The notes beneath the pieces are model-generated. The model made no database searches and was not told the origin of the DNA. It saw only the letters and a list, made by a program, of their open reading frames with translations. The position numbers and the translations under genes were made by a program. A stretch of 59,453 nucleotides of DNA, filler included, from Basidiobolus ranarum (Eukaryota), in NCBI GenBank assembly GCA_040143965.1. It is 6 parts of 6 records of this genome, joined end to end, with 100 filler letters (N's around TTAATTAATTAA, not from the genome) between each part and the next. Parts side by side here need not be neighbours in the genome. Positions count along the whole stretch, not along the records: positions 19,868 to 29,695 come from JASJQH010000776.1; positions 29,796 to 39,617 come from JASJQH010000777.1; 4 more parts are not named here. One strand, written 5' to 3'. Of this stretch, positions 24,801-39,150 are shown one piece after another. How positions within the stretch are numbered: position 1 is the stretch's first letter; the number at the start of each line of letters is the position of its first letter.

Positions 24801-27800
24801 CCGGTGACACTATTTATCATAAGACAAACTTGACCGACTATGACTGATCAAATAAGATAAGCGAGAGCATAGATAGAAGCGTTGAAGGTGATGGATATGA
24901 ATTTTTCCTACCATTCCGATAAACTTAGAGTTTAAAATTTGAACACGGCATGTTTTACAGTCAAATTCCGCATAATTTAATCATTCTAAAAAAAAACAAT
25001 TTGTATTAGGACTATAATACCAAATAAGGCAGTATTTGGAGTGAGATTTAATTTTTTAGGTTAGGCCCGATCAATTCATATCTCTCTATTGGTTTAATAA
25101 AGTAAAAAGAAAAGCATATGTATAAAGTTCGAGTCATTGACAAAGTCAATAATTTCACTTTAGCTAAATATCGATATTGAAAAGATTACGAGTAAAACCC
25201 AATTTTGATTTTCTCATACGAGGTGAAACAAGAAGATCATAAACTACTGACTTAGTTCAATTGAATTATGCTGTTGATTATGGTATTAGAAGATTTCGGT
25301 ATTATATTATGGTGAGTACATTGTACTCGTGTTTCAGACAGCTTCTAGTACTGATAGAGATATTACTAGCGCACTTTGCAGCTGATCTACACTCCAAAGT
25401 GATTCTAGTAACAGCAAAGGCGGTCTTACAAAAGTTAATTGCAAGAACAATAGATCGAATATATAGATTTGTTTATTATTTAGTGCACATTGGTAAGAAA
25501 ATATTGAGAATTGTTCAGGTTGATACTCCTTCTGTAACAACCATGATCCATTTACTAGTTATTAAACCCTCTCCTTGCTTATAATTATGGTCGTACAATA
25601 ATAAAAGAAAAACTCGGTATACGTTAAATACCTAGAATACAATCACTATTTTAGGATTAGCCTGAGAATTATAGTTGCGAATTCCTGAATGCAATTTATC
25701 TTGCTTACGCAATAATGAAATTCAAAGCAGCCAATCATTGGAGAATATTAGGAGTTCCATAAGTGTTAATTTTTTCTCGCTAAATTGGAGAAATACTGGT
25801 CAATGTGGCTATATTAAACGTATCAATCACCCAATATTTTATATTTGTAAGTTTCCTCTTACAAAAGAACATTCTTACGATTTATACTTTCACTAGGATG
25901 GGTAATAAATCCGATTTTTGCTCACTTCTTGGATAGATCGCTACCTAGTCTTCCATATATTTATGTATTCGAGTAGAATAGGTGTAGTGCTCTGCGTTTG
26001 TTCTACATAAGTTGGCTCTAAGTAGCAAAGCATACAGCTCATTGGTATTACTCTTGGATGAGGTACAGGAATTCCATCTAAATACTAGTATATGTGCATT
26101 CTTCTATGTTCACTTGAGCAATCATATTGGTATTTGATTTGATCAAGATCTTCAACAACATGGAACTGTATTCGTAGCATCAACCAGCCTTTGTGTGTAG
26201 TGGGCTTACAGAGATATCATATTCGATTGAAGTCTATGTACAAAATAGATCAGAAATGCCTTCATACCGATTCAACCAAGTTATGTATGCGATTTGTGCT
26301 GGTATTAATACCAAACAGTTTGGAGATTTCTACGTCACTTCGGTTACGTAACTTCAGATGCCTGCATAACTCACCATTTGCTGTAGTATCAGTTGATGCA
26401 GAGTTACCATTTCTGGATCATAACTTCCTATTTTAGTAGAAGCGTGTAACCGAGGAATCCAGGCCAATGGGATGTAAAGTTACACAAAATGGAGTTTTCT
26501 CGTCTTTGGAGGGGCGGAGCTAACCTTCAGAACATTATTGGACTAAATTTGAGTCATACAGATTAACAAAATGGAGTAACTCCAAAGGCATAAACACTGC
26601 CCTATCACTCAATTATGGATCATCATTTCCAGACTCCTGATATATGTGCAGAATTACCATATTTAACTCATATCTAGAAGTCTCGCTATCTGCTATTTTG
26701 GAAGTAGGTAATAGTGGAATGTGGTGCCTTCACATAATAATTTATTTAAAGTAGATGTATGCTTAAAGCATGGGCAAGCAACAAATAAATCAGCACTCGT
26801 ACCATAGTAAGGAAGATATGCACACTAAATATGCTCTATACATGTATTTAGTGGTACCGCGGTTAAATATTATCTTTAAACTATGCAATATGTGACTAGG
26901 CCCTTCTCTATACTTTCTTATGATTGCCCATCCTTGTTCAACTATTCAGATCATTGAAACTAGCACCCAGAAACCCGTTCCCATGATTGTGGAGCTATAC
27001 AGAGTTCTTCATGGCATTATTTTTCCTTCATCACTATCGCATTAACACTATTTCTACTCTCGATACCAAGCATGGTTAGCGTCTCGGGCACTTTAACAAC
27101 TATACGATCTTTATCACGATCCCATCACTAAATTAATACTCCTTTTGCATCACTAATTATGAGATTTTGTTCTATCTGCTAAAATAATGAAAATATCCAT
27201 GAACTAACGTTCGAACTGGGTATTGTGATTTCAGAAATGACAGATTGGCCCTGAAGTTCTGGCTGTCTTACTCTCATTGGCTTATATTTTTGGAATTTTA
27301 GTGATGATTAGATCTAGGCATATCGAAGTTCACTCTCCAGTAGCAATTGGAGTGCCATTAACTAGGGTTCTTATGCAGAAAATAGATGTTTTTAGATAAA
27401 CGATCACCGGATTTAGATCAAATATCCGGTATCTGGGGAGAAATTGGATACCGTTCACCCTCCAATTATAAAGAATTCATCAAACTTCCATTACCCTGCT
27501 ACTTTTAAATCTAGTAACAAATAATCATGCCGGTGCCTAATCAAAAAGCCTTATCTGTTGAGTTTGGAATGGGATTCACCATGCAAATGACATCAGTGCT
27601 TTCAAATGAAAGAGAAAGTTCCCGAAAGTTGGCAATGCACAACCAAGAAACAGTCTAGTGAGGGTAATGGATGAGTATTTATACCTGGATGTCCAGTCCA
27701 AGATCATATATTTGATTGCGATCTTTTCTACGATATATGCAACAAAGGATACTTTAAATTCTTCAATATATGAAATATCCATCAGAGCTTGTCACTAACA

Positions 27801-29115
27801 TATCGACAAAGCCATTGAGTCACTAACATTCTAGAAGTTCATCCACAAGGGATCACCTGACAGCGGTGGTTGCGGCAACAACTTGAGCTCTTTAAACTCA
27901 TCTGAAAGTCAATCCAGATACTCACCTACTTTCCTGGCTTGTGGAGTATCAGGCATATGGAGTTCAAGGCTGTGTAAATACCGGCAGGAAAAAGTATACT
28001 CCATGTAATCTATAGTAAATAATCAATTCTATACAATAAGGCCGAATTCATATTGAGTCTGTCTGAAAGAATATGCAATCTTGGTAATCAGAGTTCTTGA
28101 ATTTTGATTGGATATACTTATATAATATATAAATGATAAGAAGCAGGCCAATCATATTACGTCAGTCCTGGTTGAAGGTTATTTTAGAAACTGTACAGTG
28201 TCCTCAGTTTGACCAATAATCGTCGTAAATCCGAAGAACATTTATTGAATCTAGATCATGTAGCTGAGGCGTCCGATTAGCCAGTTCACATGGAGTGTCG
28301 GAGTGATAATGACCCACAAATAGGGTTACGATTTTCGTGGATTACTCGGTAAGATATTCTCAAAAAATCACTCCAGCACCATCACCTCATCCAGTTCCAT
28401 CGAGCAATAATTAGAGTATAGTACATAATGAATTCCCTCGAATGTCCTTAATAAATAAGTTATTACTTATTTAAAACGCTACAGTGAACAAAGGAAACTT
28501 TGCATTTTTCGAAAACGCTAATTGAAATATCAAACGTCATGTATGTCAGATCGGTGATTATTAAGATGTGACCACAGAGTCAGTAAAATCTATGAAAAAA
28601 TTGCTCAATGCAGACTACGGCTGAGATCTAAATGCATTATCACAACCATCAGGTAGAGCATTAAAATATTACTTAATTGGAAGTACCAATCCTCCAAGTA
28701 AAGATTTATGACAACTGTTGAATAATCGAAACCTTTCTAACAACATGATTTGGATTGATAAACCATATCCATGGAATTTAATATCCTTTTCGATCAGCAT
28801 CCAAATCAACGATTTAACACTCTTGCTTTGGTAAGAAATTTTTGTAATCTGTAAAAGAGATTCTGAGCGGAAAATTCTTCAAAACATATCAAAAATAGAA
28901 ATACTGGGAATGCTTCCCTGAACTGAGACCGTTTATGGATTTCATAGATGGAACATTAAAGTCAATCATTTGGAGTAAGGCTGGTGTTTCGATATGCTAT
29001 CAAAGGTTTATCAGAGGTTTTGCGAAGTATGAAAGATATTCCTAATTCGTCATGTCAGGAAACTATTTCACTATATAAATCAAAGTAAAAGTTAGAGTAC
29101 ACCTACTGCGAAGAT

Positions 29116-29695
29116 ATGATTCTGCCGATATCATCTCTACGAGTGCCAGCGCTTGTGCTCGCACTTGCTATAAACCGTGCACAATATATAGCAACGGCAC
29201 CGGTAATCGAAAATGCTTCTGCATTGGACACTATGCTGTCATTCGAAAGCACACAACAAATTGAGGCTAATAAGAAATGTCTAAATTCCGACGTAGGTGG
29301 AGCGGCCTACTGGATACCCGTCACTGATGGGACTTACTTTTACCAATGCCTACAGGGTGGTCAGCCAGCTTCCCTGTTTTGTTGTCCATCCGGATCCTAT
29401 GTTCCCTACAATGCAGGGGTCACTAATGTTGCTTCGTGTGCGGGCAATATCATCGATGCGGATAATGTTATTAAGGCTCGTCCGGCGAGCTGCAATACAA
29501 ATTCCGTTAGTGGCAAAACAAAATCCGTTAGTGGCGGTTCCTGTCCAACGGAAGTCTCTGCTAGTGAGACTACAGCCGCCAGCTACGCTTGCAATCAAGG
29601 TTCGTTTACTAGTTACTGTGTTTCAGCAGACAGTCCATACCAGCTTTTATGTGAGGCTTTTAACAATTGGCCACAGACGAATCCTGTTGAATGTT
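29116..29695 (+). CDS. Putative secreted cysteine-rich protein, possible chitin-binding-like modules; 3'-truncated
   Basis: Hydrophobic N-terminus, TATA-like TATATAAA at about 29072, many Cys including YFYQCLQGGQ..FCCPSG, and a Ser/Thr linker. Confidence 0.6.
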
Positions 29696-29795
29696 NNNNN
29701 NNNNNNNNNNNNNNNNNNNNNNNNNNNNNNNNNNNNNNNTTAATTAATTAANNNNNNNNNNNNNNNNNNNNNNNNNNNNNNNNNNNNNNNNNNNN
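29696..29795. other. Artificial contig linker
   Basis: N run + TTAATTAATTAA + N run. Confidence 0.99.
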
Positions 29796-29889
29796 CCCCT
29801 GCTTTCTTTTTATACTGGGAGGACTGCGTCCCCCAGACCCCCTCTTTTCATCCTTACCCTCCCTTACCCTTACCAGAACATCTATAACC

Positions 29890-30808
29890 CAGTTTTGAAC
29901 GCAACATGTTTTTTACACTAAAATTTTGCATTCACAGCTATATTTCTAAATTCTACATTATATAAAAGCTGAAACTTTGACATGATGGCTTTACTCATGG
30001 TCAGTACATGTTCCATATAAACCTTGCTGGCTAGCATCAAGTAAATCTATCACAATCATTAAATATTGTATAACCGTTTATCACAATACCAAAAAAAAGT
30101 TTGACATATTAAAATTTTTCTTATTGACAGCTTTTTTTACTTTGTATATAGAAAGAAAAAGCTGCTTTTTAGCCACCAATGCATGCAAACAGACTTTTCA
30201 AACAATAATCTTCCTAATTATGACAGCTTGGCAGATAACATACATGCTGATTAAATGGAATGAGATAGCACCAAAATCTTTGAAATTGGAAGCACTGTAA
30301 TCTCATGGTAACAAATCTAGGATGATTAAGACTTAGGAATATGAGTCTGACATGTACAGGAATACTAAATATTATGTGTAGCTCAATGGCTGAATAATCA
30401 ATAATGTAGTATTGAAGAATTGAAATTTAGTTCTGTATTCAAGTAATTACTTCCCCCATTAACCTACTCTAGCATAACAAATATAGTCCACCAAGCTGTC
30501 AAAGATATATCATGGAATAAAACTCCTTCTGGTGTATATATAGTTGCGGCCATAAGGAATGCAGAACATAGCCCCTTCAGGTTTTATTTCAGATCCAGTA
30601 ATTCTTTTTCACCAACATTTAGGAAATAATGAAGATGCCATGAGAAAATATTGCTTCAAAGCCATTCTTAATGCATTAATGACTGAAGAGCAGAATTTTC
30701 TCAACATAAATGAAGTCCAAATAGTTGTCATTATGAAAAATTACAATATATTGAACTTTTTTGAAAATGCAAAATTTTAGTGTAAAAAACATGTTGCGCT
30801 CAAAACTG
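29890..30808. mobile_element. Non-autonomous DNA transposon-like element bounded by 43-bp inverted repeats
   Basis: CAGTTTTGAACGCAACATGTTTTTTACACTAAAATTTTGCATT (29890-29932) vs the reverse complement of 30766-30808, one mismatch; interior CpG-poor with no intact ORF; no TSD seen. Confidence 0.75.
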
Positions 30809-31004
30809 ATTCACTCACTGCACTGATTAAATGTATGTATGATATTATCAAAATTACTGAATCACCTCCATAACATACAGGACTGTTATTTGGACTCTGC
30901 TTAAGCAATGTGACAAATATCACATTAAAGCATGAAGTAAATGACGAGATATTGTCATTTGAAAAATGTATGCAAAAAAATGAATCAATTTTGAGCGATA
31001 GTGT
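30797..31004. mobile_element. Short MITE-like element (family B) with 17-bp inverted repeat
   Basis: CGCTCAAAACTGATTCA (30797-30813) vs TGAATCAATTTTGAGCG (30981-30997). Right part GTCATTTGAAAAATGTATGCAA..TGAATCA recurs at about 36466-36520. Confidence 0.55.
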
Positions 31005-32038
31005 ATATCTTTTCTCGAAGCCGGTTTATTAACCCTAAGGATTAGGGCCAAACTCAACTCTAACTCGCGAACTTGATTGTTATCTCCTACCTAGCTAGAT
31101 TAGAGGTATAATAATCTCTACTTTGTAGACAGTCAAGTCTAACCGCTTCAGCGTGGGAATAGGTTTACCACGTATGCAATGTATTCATTGATAATGATCT
31201 ATGGGGCGGTCGGTCCTCCATATGTTGTATCGTTCTATTCATCTAGTATAAACAAGCACATCCTTAAATGCATTAAGATGCTGGAACAACTCCCATGCAA
31301 CTAATAATATGCGTGGTGACTGCGGTGGTGTTTCCAATATTTAATCGAACATAACTTGAGCTTGAATGAACTCACTTGGCTGAGCGGAAGTTCCGTACTT
31401 TCTGGCTTACTCCGAATAAACTTTAATTGTACCCAAGCCTGTTGTTCCATACACTGATTTTACTAGTTAGTTTAGACAAAGATACGTAGAGCTGGCACTT
31501 TGGGCAATTTGTATTACTTTTTCTGTATTGTATTTACATGTCTAATATCGGATGAGATCATTCGATAGAGGTCACAGATATTAATTCGCGTAGAAAAAGT
31601 ATCTCTACCTTATCTAGTCACTGTACTGCCAATATTCAACAATCCGCAGAGAAACCGGAAAACCGAAGAGAAAATTACTCACCGCAAATTGACAGCCCAC
31701 TTATGCGAATCATCTGCGTCCAATCAAGGTCCGGCTTCTATACGTTTGAGCTGGATGATGATGTAGAGTGCTGAGATTTGAAAATGATTTACTCCAATGG
31801 TGACAACTCGGTTTCACTCAAGATCATTCCCGATTTACCACAATACCTCAACTGCAAGAGTTCCTGAAAGCTTTGCCAAATGATACCACTTGTTTTGACT
31901 AAAAGGTGCAGCTCCCATTACTGCAGCCTGTGGCCAATCAAATGCTTCAATTTGTCCCGATTTTCAAAATATTTGGCCATATAACATGAGTATCGGTGCA
32001 AGGTTGTGTCCGCACAATACAACCACTTTCTCAAAGCT

Positions 32039-34202
32039 ATGAAAATATATACACCGTTGAAGACTATCCTCTTGGGATGTGTTCTTTCTCCTTCCCTTTT
32101 GGCTGCACCATCAGTTCAAGATTTTGGGAAGATTACGATCATCTCTGATAATGATTTGAATCCCGCAATTAAACCTCCAAATGCAATCTTAGTCTCCAAG
32201 CCGATCAACGCTACACAGGCTAGTCAAGCATGTAACTTGCTTGGTGAGAAGTTATCGCCTGTTGCTACCTGGAATGAAGGGCTCGTGCGTCAATTAACAT
32301 ATTACCAAAGAGACACGCCTAGCGAATGGTTCTGGGCTGAGCATGCCGAAAACTGCACAGCATTCAATCCAGTATCAGGGCAAAGTCAAAATGAAGCATG
32401 TGATACTGAACTCTTGGTTCTCTGTACCAACTCTGCAAATGCTTCCAACTACCTTTATCCTTTTGACACCTCAAAGCAGATCGTTGTAAATACTACTGTT
32501 GGTCAAATTCAAGGCTATAGAGACAATTTATCTTTTCGATTCCTTGGGTGAGTACTTTTATTTCAAGTCGGATTAAACATAAAAAGCAACTAGACTAAAT
32601 GTGAGCCTACATATCATGATGCTATCTATAGAATTCCATATGCTTCACAACCGCAACGCTTCTACCCATCGACACCCCTAGAGCGATTACCAAATGTAAA
32701 TGATACTACAAGCTTTGACGCCACAAAGTTTGGCCCAGCATGCCCTCAGCCTGATCTTGGTCCCTCAATAGCTGCCGAGGATTGCTTGAATCTCAACGTT
32801 TACACAAGTGACATAGGAAATGAAGTGAAACTCCGTCCTGTGATGGTGTACATTTATGGAGGAGCTTTTGTGACGGGCAGTAACTCCATTCCTATCTATG
32901 ATGGAGGGCACATTGTGTCGCGCGGTAATGTGGTAATGGTCTCCATCAATTACCGATTGGGTGCTCTTGGATTCCTGTACTATCCTCAACTGGGCATCAA
33001 AGGAAACCAAGGTATTCTCGATCAGCAATTAGCCATTAAATGGGTCAAGGATAACATTGCAAGTTTCGGCGGAGACCCGAATAAGATCACCATATTTGGG
33101 GAGTCTGCTGGAGCGCAAAGTGTTCGGGCCCATATTGTTTCACCGGCAATGAAAGGTAATTTTCAGGCTGCAATCATGCAATCTGATCCGGTCGGAGTAC
33201 CATTCTTTTCGCAAAAGGTCGCCTCCAATGCTGGAGATGCGATACTGAAGGTACTAAAGTGTCAAGATTATTCATGCCTTCAGAGGGCGAACTTGACCGA
33301 CATTGTGGAAATTCAATCCGCTCTTTTACCGATCATCGGTCAGGATGTTCCACTTCCACTTGAATTGTTTGAGCCGGTGATTGATGGGGAGGTTCTACCT
33401 TACCAATCTGACAAGGCGATCTCCTCTGGAAAGTTCAATAAGGTACCTTTGATGATTGGAACTACCAGAGATGAATATGGGACTTTCTTATCTGAGCAAC
33501 AACAAAATATCTCCAATACTCAAAGTGCATTTACAAGTAGTGTGACTATAATTTTTGGTGCTAACGCGACTCAGGCTGTTAACTCATCAAGCCTTTACCA
33601 AGTAAACAGTTCTGATCCCCAATCCGCACTTGACCTACTGGCTCGCTTCGGCACTGCGTACTTATGGACCTGTCCAAACCGTTACTTTTTTCATCTTTTC
33701 TCTCCCCAAATTCCCACCTATGCTTTTCAATTTGACAAGGTAACGTAACTATTTCCTTTCAATGCTTGGAGAAAAGTGAACTAATGCTTCGTAATATCAG
33801 GGTTATTTTCCTCAGACTTTGGGGTTTAGTGGGGGCTACTGTCTTCAGGATGATAAAGTCTGCCATGGTAGTGACCTCATGTTGGTTTTCGCCTCTGCTA
33901 TTCAGGCCAATATAACCTCTCTTCCTGCAGACACCATCGAGTTGTTCCAGAATACGTTGGATAGATGGACTGCATTTGCTCGATCAGTTGGGAATCCAAA
34001 CCCCACGGGATCATATATTAATAGCACTGGATACGGAAGAGAAACAACAGCCAAGTGGCCTCTATACACAAACAATAGCACGGAAGTATTGCTAATTAGT
34101 ACACCAAATAGTACTACGACAGCTAATACACTCGAGAAAGAGAATTGTGATTTTATCGAAGAAAAGTTGGGTTACCTCTTCATGAGTCCTCGGTGGCAGT
34201 AG
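32039..34202 (+). CDS. Secreted type-B carboxylesterase/lipase (COesterase); exons 32039-32547, 32632-33739, 33801-34202
   Basis: Signal peptide; FRFLG/IPYA, EDCLNLNVY, VMVYIYGGAF, NYRLGALGFL, FGGDPNKITIFGESAG (Ser), GTTRDE (Glu), VCHGSDL (His). Confidence 0.95.
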
Positions 34203-35050
34203 ACATATAATTCTCTTACCAGGGTAGAGGATACACTCCGACAGCATATGTTAATTTACTGTAGTTTAGTCAGTTTCACCAACCGATGTATTGACTTTTG
34301 TCCTTCTTAACTTCTCCATACTGTTATCCTTAAATTGCGCTTGTCCTATGTGCAATAATTTGGACGATATTAGTTGATGTATGGAATACCTTATTTTTGT
34401 AAGGTTGATCATCATTTATTTGTAATCAATCAAGGAACAGGATCTTAGGGTTAGTTGAATGTGCTAAATCAAGTCAATTAGGTATGTGACATTTTTCTTC
34501 ACTGTATTGGTGATATATTCAAAACTCGAGTGATTTGATATTCCAATCGCAATCATTAAACTAAGTCAAGACACTGATGGCAAGTACTTGGATTTTATCT
34601 AGAGCGATTTATTGGTGTACGCATACCAATGGTGCGAATCAAGTGATAGAGCATCGTATTTAACCCCAAACTCAATTAGTCATATCAGGTGGATAAGCAA
34701 AATGCTTTAGTGTATAGCTACTTGATTTCAACATTATTGGCTTATTTAGATTATCTAACATATTTAATGATGGTCTGATAACCCTTGAACTGAAAGAACA
34801 ACTGAATTAGCTTCTTTTTGATTCATTTTGCTCCGCTGAAAATGTGAACCCAAGCTTAGAGCGTTTCTTTGACTTGGGTAAATTCGAAGTACTTTGCCAT
34901 CGAAATCGAAGTTTAGATAATTGGTTTGGTCTGTGAGTGCTAAAGAATTTTAAATTGAGCTGCACTAATTTGAAAATATGGTTGACTCGTCGAGAGTCTA
35001 TTTGATGATTTTGTATATATATATATATTATATAAAGATATCACTTTGAA

Positions 35051-35401
35051 TATATGTTTGGAGTATTTTGGGAGTTTGTTGGAAGTGGTTTGGAGAATTT
35101 GAAGAATTGGGGGCTTTTTCTTGTTGATATGTGGACCAGAAAGTTGACACTTATGGTTTTATCAAGATATATACAAAAAAAACGTAAAGAATGTATTAAG
35201 CAAGGTCCCAGGAACTTGTGTGCAAAGTTTGAGGCATCTAGCACAAGTTTAAAAAATCTATATATCTCCAAACTTCTAAGTTGGTGTCAATGTTCGAAGT
35301 AAAATCCGATTGAGAATAGTGAGTGATAATTTTGTGGAATATAGAATAACTAAATACTAAGCTAAATATGACTATATAGGTGTTTAGGCAATGCTAATTT
35401 C
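35051..35401 (+). repeat. Dispersed repeat family A
   Basis: Homologous to 19868-20031 and, inverted, to 57421-57654. Adjacent minus-strand relic KSRVTFDAWNTIN (about 35440-35480) weakly recalls hAT transposase T.DAWTS. Confidence 0.8.
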
Positions 35402-37869
35402 CACAAATTGTTGCATATCTGATTGATCTAAAGAAGATGTTAATAGTATTCCATGCATCAAAAGTGACTCTTGATTTATTTTATCCATCAAAACTCTCTA
35501 AATTTACTATAAGTTCATGAACTTAGACATTCTCCTCACAAACCCAAGTTGTAGAAACATTTTTTGCTTCTGTTGTAGTGGCAAATAAGCATTAAAATGT
35601 GATCTATTGAACAGTGTCACTAATTGCTTTAGCTGATTCCTTATAATGTCATAAGATGGGATGAGTCTGGATCAAATATAGTGGAACTTTTGAGCCTCAC
35701 ACTGCTGAGATAAGTGATGCTTCTGTACAAGGCTTTGGTATGCACAGGAATACAACATAATCACTTTTAAGTGATAGACTTCTGATGAGTAATATAGTAC
35801 TTGTTGTTTGATATGGAGCAATATATAGCTGTAGTGCTAAACATATTTTCCTTCGTGTATCACACAAAAAATGCTCTTACTGATTTTCCCCAACTCCAAA
35901 AGACACAGAGAGCACTTAGCTATCCAGAATAAATTTAACGTAGGCTTTATAAAGCTCTGTTGTAGATTATCTGATGGATGGAACAAGCAAAAGCACACTT
36001 TTAAAATGCTATTTTACCCTACATATAGCAAATACTAGTGTATAATCAACACATTATGCATATTTCTTTGGTGATATATGTCACTCTATTAAGAAAGAGC
36101 CATTAAAAAAATTGTTGTAGAACTAGTGTCATAAGAAAAAGAGTTCGAAAAGCTTGGTGAACAATGAGAAGACTTGTCAAGATTTAAAGACCTAATACCC
36201 CAAAACTCAGCTCTGTGACAGAAACCTAGTCATGTTCGAACACGATATATGACCATTTTGATAATGGAGAGAGCCAAATATTTTAACTGGCAAAAAAATG
36301 TTTCAAACAATGTGAGCTGATTCACTGCTAGTGCTAAACATAAATTCCTATAGTTTCATAAATAGCGGTAGAGCTGCTTTCATACTATCAAGGACTAATT
36401 TTTGGTCTTCAATTCAGCCATGTGACAAATATAAAGTTGAATAATGGAGCGAATGCAGAGATATAGTCATTTGAAAAATGTATGCAATAAAGTGAATCAG
36501 TTATGGGCATTGGTGTAGATATTGATTGGAAATCAAGGAAAACGCGAACTAGGATATTCTCCAAATATACTAGGAGGTCAGGTGAGACAATGTAGAATAT
36601 TAGAAGAGTGATATCATATCCACACTGTTCGAGTGTCCAAGCAACGCAGCGCTTCATTTTCTGTATCAGTCTAAATAGTGACTTTGAAATCAATGAAACC
36701 GGTGAAAGTCATGTATTTCTTCTAACCATCCTAAACACTAGCAATCCATCGCAAATAGTCCAAAAAGCAATAAAGCTTGTATGCGCTTGAAATAGATACT
36801 TGTATATGGCATAGCAATGGAGATGAATACTCACAAATACGCTGAACATGATGTAAGAATACTGAGGTGATTTAATCTAGTATCACAACTACTAGTTCAT
36901 CTCGCAATCATAGGTAATTTCTTTACTGAAGTGTGATCTGTTAAACATTTAGCTAATGCATTTTGATTATCATTAAAAATGGCAGGTGTTGAATGTTGTG
37001 ATTGGTCTCTCGTGTTCTTGAATTAACGTTTATTATGATATCAACATGGTACAGATATTGGCAGATAGCAGTTATAGTATGGTGCATATATTGAGTTTGA
37101 ACATGCGCATGGAGAGTGATAAAATATAAAGAGTAGAAATTAAATGAGCTATAGTAGCTCCTTAACTTAAGTTTCCAGTATGAAACCTGTCTACAAATTA
37201 CAACCCATAAATCATTTACAAGCATAAGTTAGATTCCAATCTCCTGTAAACTAGCCAAGCTGTCTACTTACGTTTCTGCCAAGTTTGAAAGCTAGACAGC
37301 ACCTAGCTAGTTAGCCAGTAGATAATCTATGCTATTAGTAAATATAAACAATTTTACGTAGACACAATAGCTGCTTAATTTTGTATAACCAGAACTTCTT
37401 CATAACCACAAGTTGTCAGCAACATACGTCACTCATCATTGCGTTTAAAGAGAATACCAGTATACCCGCCATTAAGATAAGCCAGAGGCATCAACGATCA
37501 GAGAAACCACAGCAGTTCCCCCATAGATTTATGCCTGAGTTGTATACTGCCACTAACCCCCCCCACATGCTCAACCATCTCTCTTAGTTACCTTTTCGTT
37601 GATTTATATTCTAATCACCAGAGAACGGCGAAATCGAAAAAAGATAGAACTTCGAAGCTCTACGTGAAAGAGCTCTTAAAGGGTAAGATGAATTTTCAAA
37701 AGGTTCAGGAAGCTCTAGCAATCTAAGGCAACTACATGTTGCTTTCCTTGCTATGCCTGAATGCCAAGCGATCCTAACCAAGCAAGCTTCTATGCTTCCT
37801 ATGCAGTATCTTCACTAGTAAACACCCATTTCTAGGCCATACCTGCCTTGGGCCCAGTTATGTGTATTA

Positions 37870-39150
37870 TCGAGCAGTTCCATTAAGTACATCCCCTAGC
37901 ACCAGTTCCAAGTGACACGTATCACGCTGCGTATATTTGAAGATAGAGGTGTGGATGCAGGGGAACAGTAAAATATCAGTTTTTCCAATAAAAGTGAAGA
38001 TATTCCATTTGTTTCGCAATTGATGGGCATACGATGTTTGTTGGCATCCAAGTGCTGAGATACCGGGGAATCCCAGGTACACTGCATATTGTAAACCTAG
38101 TTCTACATATGGAAATTCGATTGTAATCTTAGCATAAAAGTCTAAACTTGATTTACCATTTTACCTTTAGTAGCCTCGCTAGATGCCAAGATTGATGGAC
38201 ACAATTTTAACCATATTAGTCTTATTTGGAGGTGATCAACCTGGAGGTAGTTTGGGATTTCTGACTGGTTCTATCAAGCCTGGGGCTGCCAAACTGTGAC
38301 TCAAAATACTGAATTAACTTGGATTGAAATGGATCTAGTCAGAGGTAGATGGTGCAAATTGAGCCGAATATCTCTGGATACAGCATCTAATAGACTGCAC
38401 TTAGTGGCACTATAGCATGGAACAAGTCCTCCAAATCAGGCGAATGGTTTCTTATTAAGGAAGCCATGCTCTCATCACTCCATTAGCCAGTCTTAGAGCT
38501 TCGAGATACAACTGGAAAGGAGGTAACCAGCGTGTCTATAGACTATTGAATGACTCGAGTGGAGCCAGCTGAGTAGGCAACATGGCCTTGGTACCAAGAA
38601 CTCAGCATTATTTCCATCGATCACTCTCGTGTGAATTTGGATGCTAAGCAACTAACCCGAATGTAAATGGCATTTCTGATGGCATTGGTGCGACTCTATG
38701 ATCATCACTTGGAAGCTGAGCTAGAGTGGCCACAAGATGGAGCCAGCTTACATGGGTAAGCTGCTCTTTGGAGATTCAATGGAATCAGTAATGGCACTTA
38801 CATTGCCGTCGGTTGATCCCATGTTTTAGGGCAGAAACCACTTTGGTTGAAAATAGGGCTATTTGTCTGATGCTGGTTCGCACTGTTTTTTCATTTAGCG
38901 ATCAGCACACTTTTGGGATCATATCCTGGTCTACTCATATGGGAATGTCTTGGCAGCTTTCTATAGTCAACTAGCTCTCACTGTCGCCTTGTTGAAGGGC
39001 GATTTTCCTCTGGAGCATACTGGTTTTGGATACAATCTTGATGCTAGCAATTCAAGCATGTCAACGGATACCAAGATCCTGGATGGAAATATGAGCATTA
39101 ATAGATCAGGTGTTCAGCCATTGTCAAATCACCATGGACGAAGAAAGGAG
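37870..39150. mobile_element. Degenerate non-LTR retrotransposon (LINE) fragments
   Basis: Minus strand YLGFP motif near 38080; plus strand LWRF...LFFI*RSAHFWDHIL resembles the zf-RVT end of LINE ORF2; many stops. Confidence 0.4.

Noticed and set aside
22750-28000. Exon-like fragments on contig 3
   Set aside because: All frames are broken by stops and I recognise no family; cannot support a call.
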